From contig CAVPCR010000001.1 of assembly GCA_963702435.1 (NCBI GenBank), positions 1,120,001 to 1,184,000 on the forward strand: a DNA stretch of 64,000 nt, given 5' to 3'. The position numbers and the translations under genes are program-made. The notes under the pieces were generated by a model. It had not been told where the DNA came from. It saw nothing but the letters and a program-made list of their open reading frames with translations, and did no database searches. Source of the DNA: Candidatus Eiseniibacteriota bacterium. GTDB lineage: Bacteria > Eisenbacteria > RBG-16-71-46 > CAVPCR01. Position 1 is the first letter of the stretch. Every line of letters starts with the position of its first letter. Below, one piece after another: positions 21,126 through 30,452 of the stretch.

Positions 21126-21935
21126 ATGGCGGATCTGCTTCTGCATTCGATGGCGGAGCTGGCCGAGATCGTGCTGCCGGTGCTCGAACTGGCCGGCGCC
21201 AAAGTGACTGTCGAGGTGGGAGCCGAGCATGGCACGATGACGCGCCTCTTGATCGAGCATGCCGCGAGCCAGAGCGGCCGCCTCATCGCCATCGATCCGC
21301 AGCCTACAGCCGCGACCAGGGCGCTGTTTGCCGGGCATGCGCACGCCGACCTGAGAGAGGATCTGAGTCTCGACGTGTTGCCCACGGTGGCTGCCGATGC
21401 GTACCTCATCGACGGCGACCACAACTACTACACGGTGCTCCACGAGTCGGAGATCATCTGGAATCGCTGCCGGCAGGACGGACGGCCCTTTCTGGTGCTC
21501 TACCACGACGTCGGGTGGCCCTGTGGGCGCCGCGATCTGTACTACGCTCCCGATCGCATCCCCGCGGCCTACCGGCAACCGCACACCTGGGACCACGGCC
21601 TGACCCTGGACCAGCCCGGCGTGATTCGCGGCGGGTTCCGGGGCGCCGGCGCGTGGGCCTCGGCGCTCACGGCCGGCGGCCCCCGGAACGGTGTCCTCAC
21701 CGCCATCGAGGACTTCGTCGCCGGGAAGGAGAGCCAACTGGTCTGGGCCGCGATCCCGGCCGTGTTCGGGCTGGGTGTCCTCTTTGCACGCGACGCGTCC
21801 TGGTCGACGGCGGTGGCGGACTTCCTGGCTCCCTACCACATGAACCCTCTCCTCGCCCGCCTCGAACGGAACAGGTTGGAGTGCTACCTCCGGGTGCTCG
21901 AGTGGCAGGATCGGGATCGTGAACAAGCTGCATGA
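21126..21935 (+). CDS. Class I SAM-dependent methyltransferase (Methyltransf_24-like)
   Basis: VEVGAEHG, IAIDP, IDGDHNYYTV, YHDVGWP. Confidence 0.8.
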   Translation: MADLLLHSMAELAEIVLPVLELAGAKVTVEVGAEHGTMTRLLIEHAASQSGRLIAIDPQPTAATRALFAGHAHADLREDLSLDVLPTVAADAYLIDGDHNYYTVLHESEIIWNRCRQDGRPFLVLYHDVGWPCGRRDLYYAPDRIPAAYRQPHTWDHGLTLDQPGVIRGGFRGAGAWASALTAGGPRNGVLTAIEDFVAGKESQLVWAAIPAVFGLGVLFARDASWSTAVADFLAPYHMNPLLARLERNRLECYLRVLEWQDRDREQAA

Positions 21936-23427
21936 GCGGGCGCTCGCGCACCATCGCCGCGGAGACCTGGCCCAGGCGGAGAGCCTCTACCGGCGCATCC
22001 TCCGGAACGAGCCCGATCACCCCGACGCCCTCCACCTGCTCGGTTGCATCGAGCTCCGTCGTGGGCGCAACGCGCGCGCGATCGAGCTCATGCAGCGGGC
22101 GATCGCCATGGCGCCGGGAACCGCTCTCTACCACGAGAACCTGGCCGAGGCCCATCACCGCAGCGGCCAGCGCGAGCTCGCGGCGGTCGAGTGTCAGCTC
22201 GCGCTTCGTTGCGAGCCCGGGCGCGCCGCTGCTCTCAACCGCCTCGGCGTGATCGCCATGGAGGAGGGCGAGTACGACGCCGCCCAGGAGTTCTTGGCGC
22301 AGGCCTTGCGATCGCGGCCAGCCTATGCCGAGGCGCTGATCAACCTGGGCGCGGTTCTGACCAGGATTGGAGACTTCGAGCTCGCCCTGCAGTCGACCGA
22401 TCTCGCCCTGCGCCTGGAGCCGCAGAATCCGCTGGCGTGGAACAACCATGGGCTGGCGCTCAAGGGCCACGGCCGCTGGCGGGAGGCGAAGGCGGCCTTT
22501 GCGCGCGCCGGGACCCTGCCCATGGCGCAGTTCAACCTCGGATACATCCATCTGCTGGAGGGCGACCTGGCTGCGGGGCTGCCCCTGTGCGAGGCGCGCA
22601 AGCAGCTCACCCCTCGTCGCCACGCGCTCGCGGGCGCCGAGTGGAATGGACCGGCCACCGGCCGCGAGCGATTGCTGGTGGTCCACGAGCAGGGCATGGG
22701 CGACACCATCCTCGTGAGCGGTCTCTTCGCGCCTCTCCTGGCGCGATTCGGTGCAGTGACGGTGCTCGTGCAGGAGCAGCTGGTGCGCCTTGTTGCCGGG
22801 CTGGATCCGGGCCTCCGAGTCACCGCCAGTCTCTCGGGGGTGGAGTACGACCTCTGGGTGTCGGCGATGAGCCTGCCCTTCGCCCTCGGCATTCGCTCGC
22901 CGGCCGATCTCCCCAGAGCACCGTGGATCCCCCGGCCGGCCCGAGCGCGAACGGCGGACCGCCTGCGCGCGGGCATCAACTGGGCCGGCAACCCGTCCTT
23001 CCACTTCGACCGGACGCGATCGACGCACCTGGCCGTGCTCGAGCCGCTGCTGGCCATCCCCGGCATCGAGTGGGTCTCGCTGCACAAGGGGCATCGCGAA
23101 GAGGAAGCCGACCGTTTCGGGTTGCCGCAGCCGCTGCGCCAGGCTTCTGACTTCCTCGATACGGCGGCCGTGCTGGCCGAGCTCGATCTGGTGGTGTCCA
23201 CCGAGACGGCCGTGCCGAACCTGTCGGCGGCGATGGGCATCCCGACCTGCATCCTGGCCGCCGTGGACCATGATTGGCGCTGGCGCACCTGGTACCGCGA
23301 CGTGCGCGTGTGTGCACAGGACGCGCCGGGCGACTGGTCCTCGGCCCTGGCGAAGGCGATGCGCGCGGTGTCCGAGATGACGCGAGCCGGGACCCGGAGC
23401 CCGCGGACGGAGGAGAGAGCGGCCTAG
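21919..23427 (+). CDS. TPR-repeat protein with C-terminal GT-B (GT9-like) glycosyltransferase domain
   Basis: About six TPRs, then EQGMGDTI, MSLP, GINWAGNP, DFLDTAA...LDLVVSTETAVPNLSAAMG...DWRW. Confidence 0.8.
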   Translation: MNKLHERALAHHRRGDLAQAESLYRRILRNEPDHPDALHLLGCIELRRGRNARAIELMQRAIAMAPGTALYHENLAEAHHRSGQRELAAVECQLALRCEPGRAAALNRLGVIAMEEGEYDAAQEFLAQALRSRPAYAEALINLGAVLTRIGDFELALQSTDLALRLEPQNPLAWNNHGLALKGHGRWREAKAAFARAGTLPMAQFNLGYIHLLEGDLAAGLPLCEARKQLTPRRHALAGAEWNGPATGRERLLVVHEQGMGDTILVSGLFAPLLARFGAVTVLVQEQLVRLVAGLDPGLRVTASLSGVEYDLWVSAMSLPFALGIRSPADLPRAPWIPRPARARTADRLRAGINWAGNPSFHFDRTRSTHLAVLEPLLAIPGIEWVSLHKGHREEEADRFGLPQPLRQASDFLDTAAVLAELDLVVSTETAVPNLSAAMGIPTCILAAVDHDWRWRTWYRDVRVCAQDAPGDWSSALAKAMRAVSEMTRAGTRSPRTEERAA

Positions 23428-23822
23428 GCCGCCTTCTTCACCCGGGTGGAGAGCGCGAGGGCAATGCGCTCGAGCAGCGTCTCCATGGTGAACGGCTTGA
23501 GGATGTAACCGTTGGCGCCGGCGGCGATGGCCTGTTCCACGTCGCCACGAGCGTGGCGCGAGGTCACGACGATGATGGCTGGGCGTGCCGCCTCTCCGGG
23601 CGCCTCCCGGGATCCGATCTCACGGACGAGATCGAGACCGCTGCCGTCGGGCAAGTCCCGCTCGATGATGACGACGGCGAGATTCGCTCCGCTCTGTGCG
23701 AGCGACGCGCGCGCATCGCTGAGATGGCTGGCGACGGCCACATCGTCGCAGCCGACCTGACGCAGGGCGCGGCTCAGGATGCGAGTCGTGGTTGCGGACG
23801 GATCGACGACGAGTCCCTTCAT
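23424..23822 (-). CDS. Single-domain CheY-like response regulator with atypical phosphoacceptor (Asp->Glu)
   Basis: LVVDPS, VIIERDLPDGSG, VVTS, AGANGYILKPF. Confidence 0.8.
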   Translation of the reverse strand: MKGLVVDPSATTTRILSRALRQVGCDDVAVASHLSDARASLAQSGANLAVVIIERDLPDGSGLDLVREIGSREAPGEAARPAIIVVTSRHARGDVEQAIAAGANGYILKPFTMETLLERIALALSTRVKKAA

Positions 23823-24160
23823 CGTTCCGCGGTCGAGGTGGGCGGCTGCCCGAGCTCATGCGCGAGGCGACTCAATGTGCGGGCGCGCACCTCCGGGCGG
23901 TCGTAGAACCCGGACGCGATCCGCGCGAGAACCTCGCGCGCCCGCTCCGGATCGAGGTCAAGGGGCGATCCGACCGGGGCTCCTGACGCCGCCAGGAGCT
24001 CGCGAGCGGTTCCCGAGATCTCGACCGCATCCCCCGCTGTGCTCTGGCTCCCGGCAGGGCCGGGGCCGACCGGCTCGCGCGCCGGCGCCGGCGTCGATTC
24101 CCGCGGTCGCTTGGGTCCCGGGCCCGAGGCCGGTCCCGATCCGCTTGGATGAACCTCCAT
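23819..24160 (-). CDS. flgM: Anti-sigma-28 factor FlgM-like protein
   Basis: GGAGG RBS; disordered N-terminus, DAVEISGTAREL, ERAREVLARIASGFY; preceded by a sigma-28 promoter. Confidence 0.7.
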   Translation of the reverse strand: MEVHPSGSGPASGPGPKRPRESTPAPAREPVGPGPAGSQSTAGDAVEISGTARELLAASGAPVGSPLDLDPERAREVLARIASGFYDRPEVRARTLSRLAHELGQPPTSTAER

Positions 24161-24225
24161 GGCATCCTCCCGCTGTTTGAGGCGCGGGTTGACCAGAGCC
24201 TCCGGGCTCTGACTACCCTGTCTCA

Positions 24226-24252
24226 GTATCGGCTGGCGCGTGGAGAACTTGA
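24226..24252 (-). promoter_or_regulatory. Sigma-28 promoter of flgM
   Basis: Minus strand TCAA-GTTCTCCACGCGCCA(15)-GCCGATAC. Confidence 0.8.
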
Positions 24253-24355
24253 GGTCGGTTCCCGGATTGGGTCGCGAGCCCCGCCTGAGCCCGCCGGCGA
24301 TGGAGCGGAGGAGATGGCGCTGCCCCATGGTCTCGACCTGTGCGATCTTGCCACC

Positions 24356-24727
24356 CTAGTTGGCGATGAACTCGATCATCAGGACCATGCCGGCCCTCGC
24401 GGGCACCGCGCGCACCTGCGCCAGACCGGAACATACGGGTTGTGTACCGAAGGGTTGTGTGCCGAAGGTCCGACTCGAGCCCGCCGCCGCGCCCGCTCGC
24501 CAGGCCAGCCACAACCGCTCGGCTTCGAGCGCGACAACCCGGCCCGAGCTGCCGAGAACGAGCGCGGAGGCTTCGATCGCAGCCCCATCGCGAGCGGGGA
24601 CACGAGCAGGACCGCCCGAGAGGGGCGATACGTCGGCACCGGCGACGGCCGCGAGCAAGACCGCCGCGGCCGCCCACGTCCGGCGCGGCGCCGGTCTAGA
24701 ACGGTGACGGCGCGGAAGGCCGCGCAT
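24356..24727 (-). CDS. Hypothetical protein between flaF and flgM
   Basis: Fills the gap on the same strand; basic N-terminus plus hydrophobic stretch; no recognised family. Confidence 0.3.
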   Translation of the reverse strand: MRGLPRRHRSRPAPRRTWAAAAVLLAAVAGADVSPLSGGPARVPARDGAAIEASALVLGSSGRVVALEAERLWLAWRAGAAAGSSRTFGTQPFGTQPVCSGLAQVRAVPARAGMVLMIEFIAN

Positions 24728-25136
24728 GACCGACGCCCTCCGGCAGTCCAGCGCCCGCCGCAGCAACATTGGCCGAGAGGCCGGCGGCTATATGGCGGTT
24801 GATTTCGATCAGCGCGGTGAGCTTCTCCGGATAGGGTTCGGCGATCACCTCGATGGTGCGCCGATCGATGAACAGACTCAGCCGGAGGATATCCCGGCGC
24901 AGATCCATCGGCAGCCCGTGGTCGGGCTCGACCAGCTCACTCTGGAAGAACGTCCACAGGCGCCGGTTGTGCGCCAGGGCGTCATGCAAGCGCTCGCTGC
25001 AGTCAGGTGCGTTCCACTTCTCCTGACATTCCTCGAGCCGGCGGGCCGCCTTGAACAGAGCTCCCGCCTCGAGTTGACGCCCGCTGGCGGTCGTCTTCGT
25101 CCCCTGATCGTAGGCTTGCTTCACGCTAACGAACAT
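24696..25136 (-). CDS. flaF: Flagellar biosynthesis regulator / flagellin chaperone FlaF
   Basis: AY...SGRQLEAGAL...ALAHNRRLWTFFQSEL...LPMDLRRDILRLSLFI...LIEINRHIAAGL. Confidence 0.9.
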   Translation of the reverse strand: MFVSVKQAYDQGTKTTASGRQLEAGALFKAARRLEECQEKWNAPDCSERLHDALAHNRRLWTFFQSELVEPDHGLPMDLRRDILRLSLFIDRRTIEVIAEPYPEKLTALIEINRHIAAGLSANVAAAGAGLPEGVGHARPSAPSPF

Positions 25137-25515
25137 GATCGATCAACTCTCTCTCTTTCGCGAAGAGGTTGCGGGCCTTCTTGATCGCGCGATAGAGATT
25201 GCCCGCCTGAACCAGCTCCTGGATGTCGCCGAGGGTCGGCCCGAGACTCGGCGCCGCCGTGGCCGCCTCCTCCATCAGCACCGCCAGCGACTGGCGATGG
25301 GCGTCGGCGCGACCGGGATCGACATAGAGGAGCTGCAGCGCCAGGTAGATGCGCTCGCACGCGGTGTTCACGCATCCGGGCCCCAGGATGTCAGCTTCTC
25401 TGAGCACCGGGACATCATTCTCGATCAGGAGCTGTGTCCGGCAGTTGCCGTTGCGGACCACGGACCCACCGATGATCAGGCGCTCGTGCGGCTTGAGCTC
25501 GAGTTTGAGAGGCAT
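25126..25515 (-). CDS. flbT: Flagellin translational regulator FlbT
   Basis: MPLKLELKPHERLIIGGSVVRNG...VLREADIL...IYLALQLLY...LYRAIKKARNLFAKE. Confidence 0.9.
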   Translation of the reverse strand: MPLKLELKPHERLIIGGSVVRNGNCRTQLLIENDVPVLREADILGPGCVNTACERIYLALQLLYVDPGRADAHRQSLAVLMEEAATAAPSLGPTLGDIQELVQAGNLYRAIKKARNLFAKERELIDHVR

Positions 25516-25585
25516 GCGCCGTCCCTGCTTAGGAGACGGTCCCGGCGGAGCTTGCGCCCGCCGGGACCGTTCCTGTGACTCCGGA

Positions 25586-25618
25586 CGGAGACCGCTCGGC
25601 ATCCTCCGCCGGTCTCCG
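25586..25618. terminator. Stem-loop between flagellin and flbT
   Basis: Inverted repeat CGGAGACCG-N15-CGGTCTCCG; no clear U-tract. Confidence 0.4.
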
Positions 25619-25676
25619 GCCGTTTCCATTCGCTTCACGCTCGGAACCTCCGAGCTCGCGCTGTCCTTCTGCGGGT

Positions 25677-26489
25677 CTAAAACAACCGGAGAACGCTCTG
25701 CTGCGCCTGGCTCGAGAGCCCCAGGGCGACGATGCCCAGTTGCTGCCGGGTCTGCAGCGCGAGCATGTTCGCCCCCTCCTCGTTCGGGTCGGCCAGCGTG
25801 AGCTGATCCGCTCCGGTCTGCAGAGAGGCGATCATGCTCGACGTGAACTCGAGCCGCGTGTTCACGACGCCGAGGTTCGACGACAGGGTCTGCGACTCGG
25901 AACGCAGCGTGGTCAGGGCCGCGTCCAGATCGGCCGCTGCCGCGTCGAGATCGGTGTTGGCCACCCAGCTGTTGGCGGCGGCATCGATCGACAGACCGGT
26001 CGAGCTGGCATCGAACCCGGCGATGGTGATGTTGTTGCTGCCATCCTCGTTGAAGGCAACGACCAGGTCGTCCGCACCGAGAAGGTTGGTGCCGCGGTAG
26101 GACGAGTCGCTGGAGAGCTGATCGATCTGACTCCGGAGCTCATCGTACTGCGCGGCCAGCGTGGCGCGGGTCGTGGCGTCGCCGCTACGAGCGGAGGCGA
26201 TGAGACCCTTGGCCTGCTCGATGATGGAGGTGAGGCCCTTGATGCCCTCGGTCGCCGTCCGCACCGTCTGCACGCCCTCGCCCATGGCTTCCTTGCGCAC
26301 AGCCAGGTCGGCGGCGCGGCTCAGGTGGTTCTGGGCCGCGAAGTAGGCCTGCGGATCATCGAGCGGACTATTGACCTTCTTGCCGCTGGAGAGCCGCTCG
26401 GCCGTCCTGCTCATCAGACCTGACACGAGCTGGAGGCTGAGGAGGCTCTGCCGGGCGTCAGCCGATAGGGTGATGTTGCTGAGTGCCAT
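25677..26489 (-). CDS. fliC: Flagellin, short (270 aa), alphaproteobacterial-like N/C termini
   Basis: ITLSADARQSLLSLQ...RLSSGKKVNSPLDDP; C-terminus LTLADPNEEGANMLALQTRQQL...QSVLRLF. Confidence 0.93.
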   Translation of the reverse strand: MALSNITLSADARQSLLSLQLVSGLMSRTAERLSSGKKVNSPLDDPQAYFAAQNHLSRAADLAVRKEAMGEGVQTVRTATEGIKGLTSIIEQAKGLIASARSGDATTRATLAAQYDELRSQIDQLSSDSSYRGTNLLGADDLVVAFNEDGSNNITIAGFDASSTGLSIDAAANSWVANTDLDAAAADLDAALTTLRSESQTLSSNLGVVNTRLEFTSSMIASLQTGADQLTLADPNEEGANMLALQTRQQLGIVALGLSSQAQQSVLRLF

Positions 26490-26590
26490 GCCAACGAAAC
26501 CCCTTTCTAGGGTGAAAGACCCCGTTCTGGAGTCAGGAGTCGACTGCTTCCGACCGTGAGGCCGGGCCCATCATCCGACGGGCTCATCTA

Positions 26591-26617
26591 GGCTCGGGGA
26601 CCGGCGCCGAAACTTGA
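26591..26617 (-). promoter_or_regulatory. Putative sigma-28 promoter of flagellin
   Basis: TCAA-GTTTCGGCGCCGGTC(15)-CCCGAGCC; -35 region like flgM (CCTCAAGTT), -10 is degenerate. Confidence 0.5.
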
Positions 26618-26680
26618 GGCCGCCCCGGCCCGCGCGCCTGCCTCATCGTGATAAGGGAGGGCGGCGCCCGAGCGCGTGGG

Positions 26681-26709
26681 CTAATGCCCCCGGCCGGAGC
26701 GGCCGATAG
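26681..26709 (+). promoter_or_regulatory. Putative sigma-28 promoter of flgL
   Basis: CTAAT-N16-GCCGATAG, 32 nt before ATG 26742. Confidence 0.5.
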
Positions 26710-26741
26710 TCAGAACGGTTGACCCAAAGCGAGGTGGAAAC

Positions 26742-27602
26742 ATGCGGATCACGAGTCAGATGCTGGTGCAGGATGCACTGCGTGGCCTGCGCGCGAACCG
26801 TGAGAATCTGCGCCGCGCCCATGAGGACGTCACCACGGGCCACCGCATTCGCAGCGTCTCCGATGGGCCGACCGACGCAGCCGCCCTCATGCGCCTCGAG
26901 TCCCAGTTGCGGAGCGTCGATCGCTACCAGCGTGCGATAGCGCTGGCCGGCACCCGCCTGTCCACGGAAGAAGCCGCGCTCAAGTCGATTGCGGCGCTGG
27001 TCGACCAGGCGAAGGGCGCCGCCCTCACCGACTCCCCGCCGGGGAGCCCGGCCAGCCGGGCGGCAGCCGCCGAAGTCCGCGCGGTGCGCGACCAGATGGT
27101 GGCCATCGGCAACACCCAGGTCATGGGCGAGTACATCTTCGCCGGCACCCGGGTCGGATCCCCACCCTTCCTTCCCGACGGCAGCTACGTCGGAAACAGC
27201 GAAGTCAACGCGGTGGAGATCGGCGATCAGCTGCGCATCGAACTCGGGCACCCGGGGGACAGGGTGTTCGCCGACGCGATCTCGATCCTGGACCGCCTTG
27301 CCCGCGGGCTCGAAACGGGGACGCCCGAGATGGTATCCGGCATGCTCGCCGAGCTGGACACGTCCCGTCAGGATGTGCAGACGGCCCGCAGCGAGGTTGC
27401 GTCGCGGCTGCATGAGCTGGCCGCTCAGGGGCAGCACCTCGCGCGGATCGCGCTCGGCTTCGAGAATCGCGAAGAGGAGCTGGACCAGATCGACCCAGCC
27501 GAGGCCATCGTTCGATTGACGCAGGCGCGCGACACGCTCGAGCAGTCTTACGCCGCCATCGCGAAGGCGCTGTCCACGAACATCCTCGAGTATCTCCGCT
27601 GA
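26742..27602 (+). CDS. flgL: Hook-associated protein 3 FlgL
   Basis: MRITSQM...VTTGHRIRSVSDGP, GNTQVMGEYIFAGT, DPAEAI...NILEYLR. Confidence 0.9.
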   Translation: MRITSQMLVQDALRGLRANRENLRRAHEDVTTGHRIRSVSDGPTDAAALMRLESQLRSVDRYQRAIALAGTRLSTEEAALKSIAALVDQAKGAALTDSPPGSPASRAAAAEVRAVRDQMVAIGNTQVMGEYIFAGTRVGSPPFLPDGSYVGNSEVNAVEIGDQLRIELGHPGDRVFADAISILDRLARGLETGTPEMVSGMLAELDTSRQDVQTARSEVASRLHELAAQGQHLARIALGFENREEELDQIDPAEAIVRLTQARDTLEQSYAAIAKALSTNILEYLR

Positions 27603-27905
27603 TCGGAGCCGGGTCCCGCCCCGCCTCGGCGCTCGTCCCGATCGTCCGCGACCGCACCGGCCCGCTGTGGTGAGCGCCAGCCTCCCCTCCCCGCGCTGCC
27701 CGTCCCCCTCACCGGGCCCGTCCTGACCGCCGGCACCCAAAGTGCCCGCGCCCGCCGCCGGGCTTTGCCGCCGTCGCGCCGTCCCACCCATCCCGCTAGT
27801 TGCTCGCGGCTGTTTTACAGAATCCGCCAACTTGCTGCGGAATCCTGCCGGTGGGCCATCCAGCCCCTCCCCGTCAGATTCACTATCCTATTGTCTTCGT
27901 TGACT

Positions 27906-27934
27906 TTGCAAGATCATCACGGGCTCAAGATAAT
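27906..27934 (+). promoter_or_regulatory. Sigma-70-type promoter upstream of the sigma-54 activator
   Basis: TTGCAA-N17-GATAAT inside a locally AT-rich intergenic stretch (~27800-27990). Confidence 0.5.
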
Positions 27935-28139
27935 GACTCAAGCCACTTCCTCGATCAGACGATTAGTTTGGGAAACTGGGGTCCCACTCAGATCCTGTGC
28001 CCCCGATCGAGTGGAACCGAGGGAAGGCGGCGCTTCTCCACGCCGAGCCCACCATGGTAGGAAACCCCGATGACTGCGGCAGGAGAACGCCACGAGCCCG
28101 GTGCGGAGATCGGCCAGTCCATCCGCCAGGAGGCCACCC

Positions 28140-29660
28140 GTGGCAAGGATCCTATGCATAGCCACCTACGCGTCTGAGTCAGAGCTCCTCGACGCGGAAC
28201 TCGCCCGGGGCGGGCATGATGCCGTGCATGCATCTTCTCTCGCCCAGGGGTTGCGCGACATCGGTCAGGAACCGTTGGATCTGGTCATCGCGAGCCAGAG
28301 CGACTCGGACGCCGCCGCAACGCATCTCGTTGACCGGCTCCGCCAGCAAGGGCGCGACATCCCCGTGATCCTGGTCGGTTCGGATGGACTCCCCGCGGGG
28401 GGAGATTCCGCGCCGGGCTCCCGCGGGATCACCATCCTCACCAGACCGCTCCAGCTCGAGGCGTTGCGCCCGGCGGTGGACCGGGCGCTCCAGAGCTCGG
28501 GCCTCCCCCTCCTGCCCGGGCCGGGCACGGAGGCCCTGGAGATCGTGGGCGAGTCGAAGAGCCTGCGCCGCGTGATCGAATTCGCCCGAGTCGTCGCGCC
28601 CACCAATGCCAGCGTCCTCATCGAGGGCGAGTCCGGCACCGGCAAAGAGCTCCTCGTGCGCGCCATTCATCGCCAGAGTCCGCGGGCGCGCGCGCCCCTG
28701 ATCGCGGTCAACTGCGCGGCAATGCCGGAGGGTCTCGTCGAGAGCACCCTCTTCGGTCACGAACGGGGCGCGTTCACTGGCGCGACGAGCCGCCTCATCG
28801 GCGCCTTCGAACGGGCTCACCGGAGCACGCTCCTCCTCGACGAGGTCTCCGAGCTGCGAGTGGATCTGCAGGCCAAGCTGCTGCGGGCGATCCAGGAGAG
28901 GCAATTCGAACGGGTAGGCGGCAGCGTCAGCGTCCGGGCCGACGTCCGCATCGTGGCCACGACCAACCGCGATCTCCTCGCTGAAGTAGAGGCCGGCCGG
29001 TTCCGTGAGGATCTCTACTACCGGCTCCGCGTCATTCCCCTGTGCATGCCGCCGTTGCGTGATCGCCCGGAAGATGTTTCGGCGCTCGTGCGGCACTTCG
29101 TGCTGCGCACGGCCCGTGAGCTCGGCATCGCCCCGCCCGCCGTACCGGCGGCGACTCTCGCCGCCCTCGAGCGCCACGCCTGGCCGGGAAACGTGCGCGA
29201 GCTCGAGCACGCCACCGAACGCGCGGTCATCCTGCATGCGGCCGGACCGCTCGTGCCGGGCGACTTCCTGCCGGAGATCGCAGCCGGCGACAAACACGCC
29301 CGTGGGATGACCGCAGCAAGCGCGGGCAGCACCGGTGCCGACGCCGCCTCCGGATCGCTCGAAGGCATCCTCGATCTCGACCTGCTCGAGCAGCACGCGA
29401 TCGCCCGGGCGCTGGAGGTCACTGCCGGTCATCGCAGCCGCGCCGCCCTCTTGCTCGGCATCAGCGACCGGACACTACGCAACAAGCTGAACGGCCGCCG
29501 GCAGTCCGCCGGCAACGGGCGGAGCGGATTTCCGCGCGACACGGCAGTTTCTTCCTCTGCCGGCACGACACCCCAGGCGGATCCGAGCATCCTGACCCCG
29601 TCCGCCGCCGCCGCGACGCCCGCATTCCTGGCGCCAAGTCCTTACCCCGCCCCGGCTTGA
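28140..29660 (+). CDS. Sigma-54-dependent activator (FleQ/FlrA/FlbD-like) with degenerate receiver domain
   Basis: AGGAGG RBS plus [40 protein letters not shown], Fis HTH; the REC domain lacks the phospho-Asp (DLVIASQ). Confidence 0.88.
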   Translation: MARILCIATYASESELLDAELARGGHDAVHASSLAQGLRDIGQEPLDLVIASQSDSDAAATHLVDRLRQQGRDIPVILVGSDGLPAGGDSAPGSRGITILTRPLQLEALRPAVDRALQSSGLPLLPGPGTEALEIVGESKSLRRVIEFARVVAPTNASVLIEGESGTGKELLVRAIHRQSPRARAPLIAVNCAAMPEGLVESTLFGHERGAFTGATSRLIGAFERAHRSTLLLDEVSELRVDLQAKLLRAIQERQFERVGGSVSVRADVRIVATTNRDLLAEVEAGRFREDLYYRLRVIPLCMPPLRDRPEDVSALVRHFVLRTARELGIAPPAVPAATLAALERHAWPGNVRELEHATERAVILHAAGPLVPGDFLPEIAAGDKHARGMTAASAGSTGADAASGSLEGILDLDLLEQHAIARALEVTAGHRSRAALLLGISDRTLRNKLNGRRQSAGNGRSGFPRDTAVSSSAGTTPQADPSILTPSAAAATPAFLAPSPYPAPA

Positions 29661-29699
29661 GCTCCGGCACCGGGTTCGGTGCGACCGGATCGAGAGACC

Positions 29700-29715
29700 C
29701 GGCACGACCCTTGCC
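29700..29715 (+). promoter_or_regulatory. Sigma-54 promoter of the flgB-flgE operon
   Basis: CGGCAC-GACCC-TTGCC (GG-N10-GC). Confidence 0.75.
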
Positions 29716-29748
29716 TTGGCTCGATGCGAACTCGCAAAGGAGGGGTCA

Positions 29749-30036
29749 ATGCTCAAGGCTCTCTTCGGTCCGTCCAGTCTGGCGGCGACGCTCAAGCGCG
29801 GTCTCGGCGACTCGATGGCCGCGCACCGTCTGATCGCCGAGAAGGTGGCCGGCACGCTGGACTCGAGCTCGGTCACCGCCCCGAACGGCGCCGGCACGTC
29901 AGCTGCCCAGAGTGAGTCCAGCGTGGAGCTGGACATGGCGACCCTCGCCGATGTGCAGCTGCGATACGAGGCGGAGGCACGCCTCCTCCACCTCGCATAC
30001 CAGAGTCTCCGCACCTCGATCCGCGGCAATGGCTAG
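29749..30036 (+). CDS. flgB: Short, divergent FlgB-like rod protein
   Basis: AGGAGG RBS; HRLIAEKVA (vs IANNIAN), VELDMATLADVQLRYE; lies directly before flgC. Confidence 0.7.
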   Translation: MLKALFGPSSLAATLKRGLGDSMAAHRLIAEKVAGTLDSSSVTAPNGAGTSAAQSESSVELDMATLADVQLRYEAEARLLHLAYQSLRTSIRGNG

Positions 30037-30451
30037 TCCGATCACGCCACGGTCCGGGCCTCGCCTTCCTGCTCAGCTCATGCCGTCGCTCAAGACCAGT
30101 GCGCGAGGCATGGGGGTACAGCAGACGTTCCTCGAGGTCATCGCCCGCAACATCGCCAACTCCGAAACGACCCGCCAGCCGGACGGGGGTCCGTACCGGC
30201 GACAGATCGCGGTCGCGCAGGGGGGCGCGGGCGGCGACATCGCGACGCGGGTCGTGGTCGACCCGTCTCCCGGCCAGCTCCTCCTCGATCCGCGCCACCC
30301 CGACGCCAACGCGCAGGGCTTCGTCGAGCTTCCCAACGTCGACGTGCAGAAGGAGCTCGTGGACCTGATGGTCGTTCGCCGCATGTACGAGGCAAACGCC
30401 ACCGTGTTCCAGGCGGCGAAGCGAATGCTCAAGCGCGCGCTGGAGATCTGA
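30029..30451 (+). CDS. flgC: Basal-body rod protein FlgC
   Basis: IARNIANSETTR...PYRRQ, DPRHPDANAQGFVELPNVD...RMYEAN. Confidence 0.93.
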   Translation: MASPITPRSGPRLPAQLMPSLKTSARGMGVQQTFLEVIARNIANSETTRQPDGGPYRRQIAVAQGGAGGDIATRVVVDPSPGQLLLDPRHPDANAQGFVELPNVDVQKELVDLMVVRRMYEANATVFQAAKRMLKRALEI

Positions 30452-30452
30452 C

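Noticed and set aside
24438..24468. 15-bp duplication (FGTQP x2)
   Set aside because: Only two copies in a doubtful ORF; likely simple slippage.
27990..28139. c-di-GMP riboswitch in the activator leader
   Set aside because: No recognisable GEMM-I/II conserved elements by eye; an Infernal/Rfam scan would be needed.
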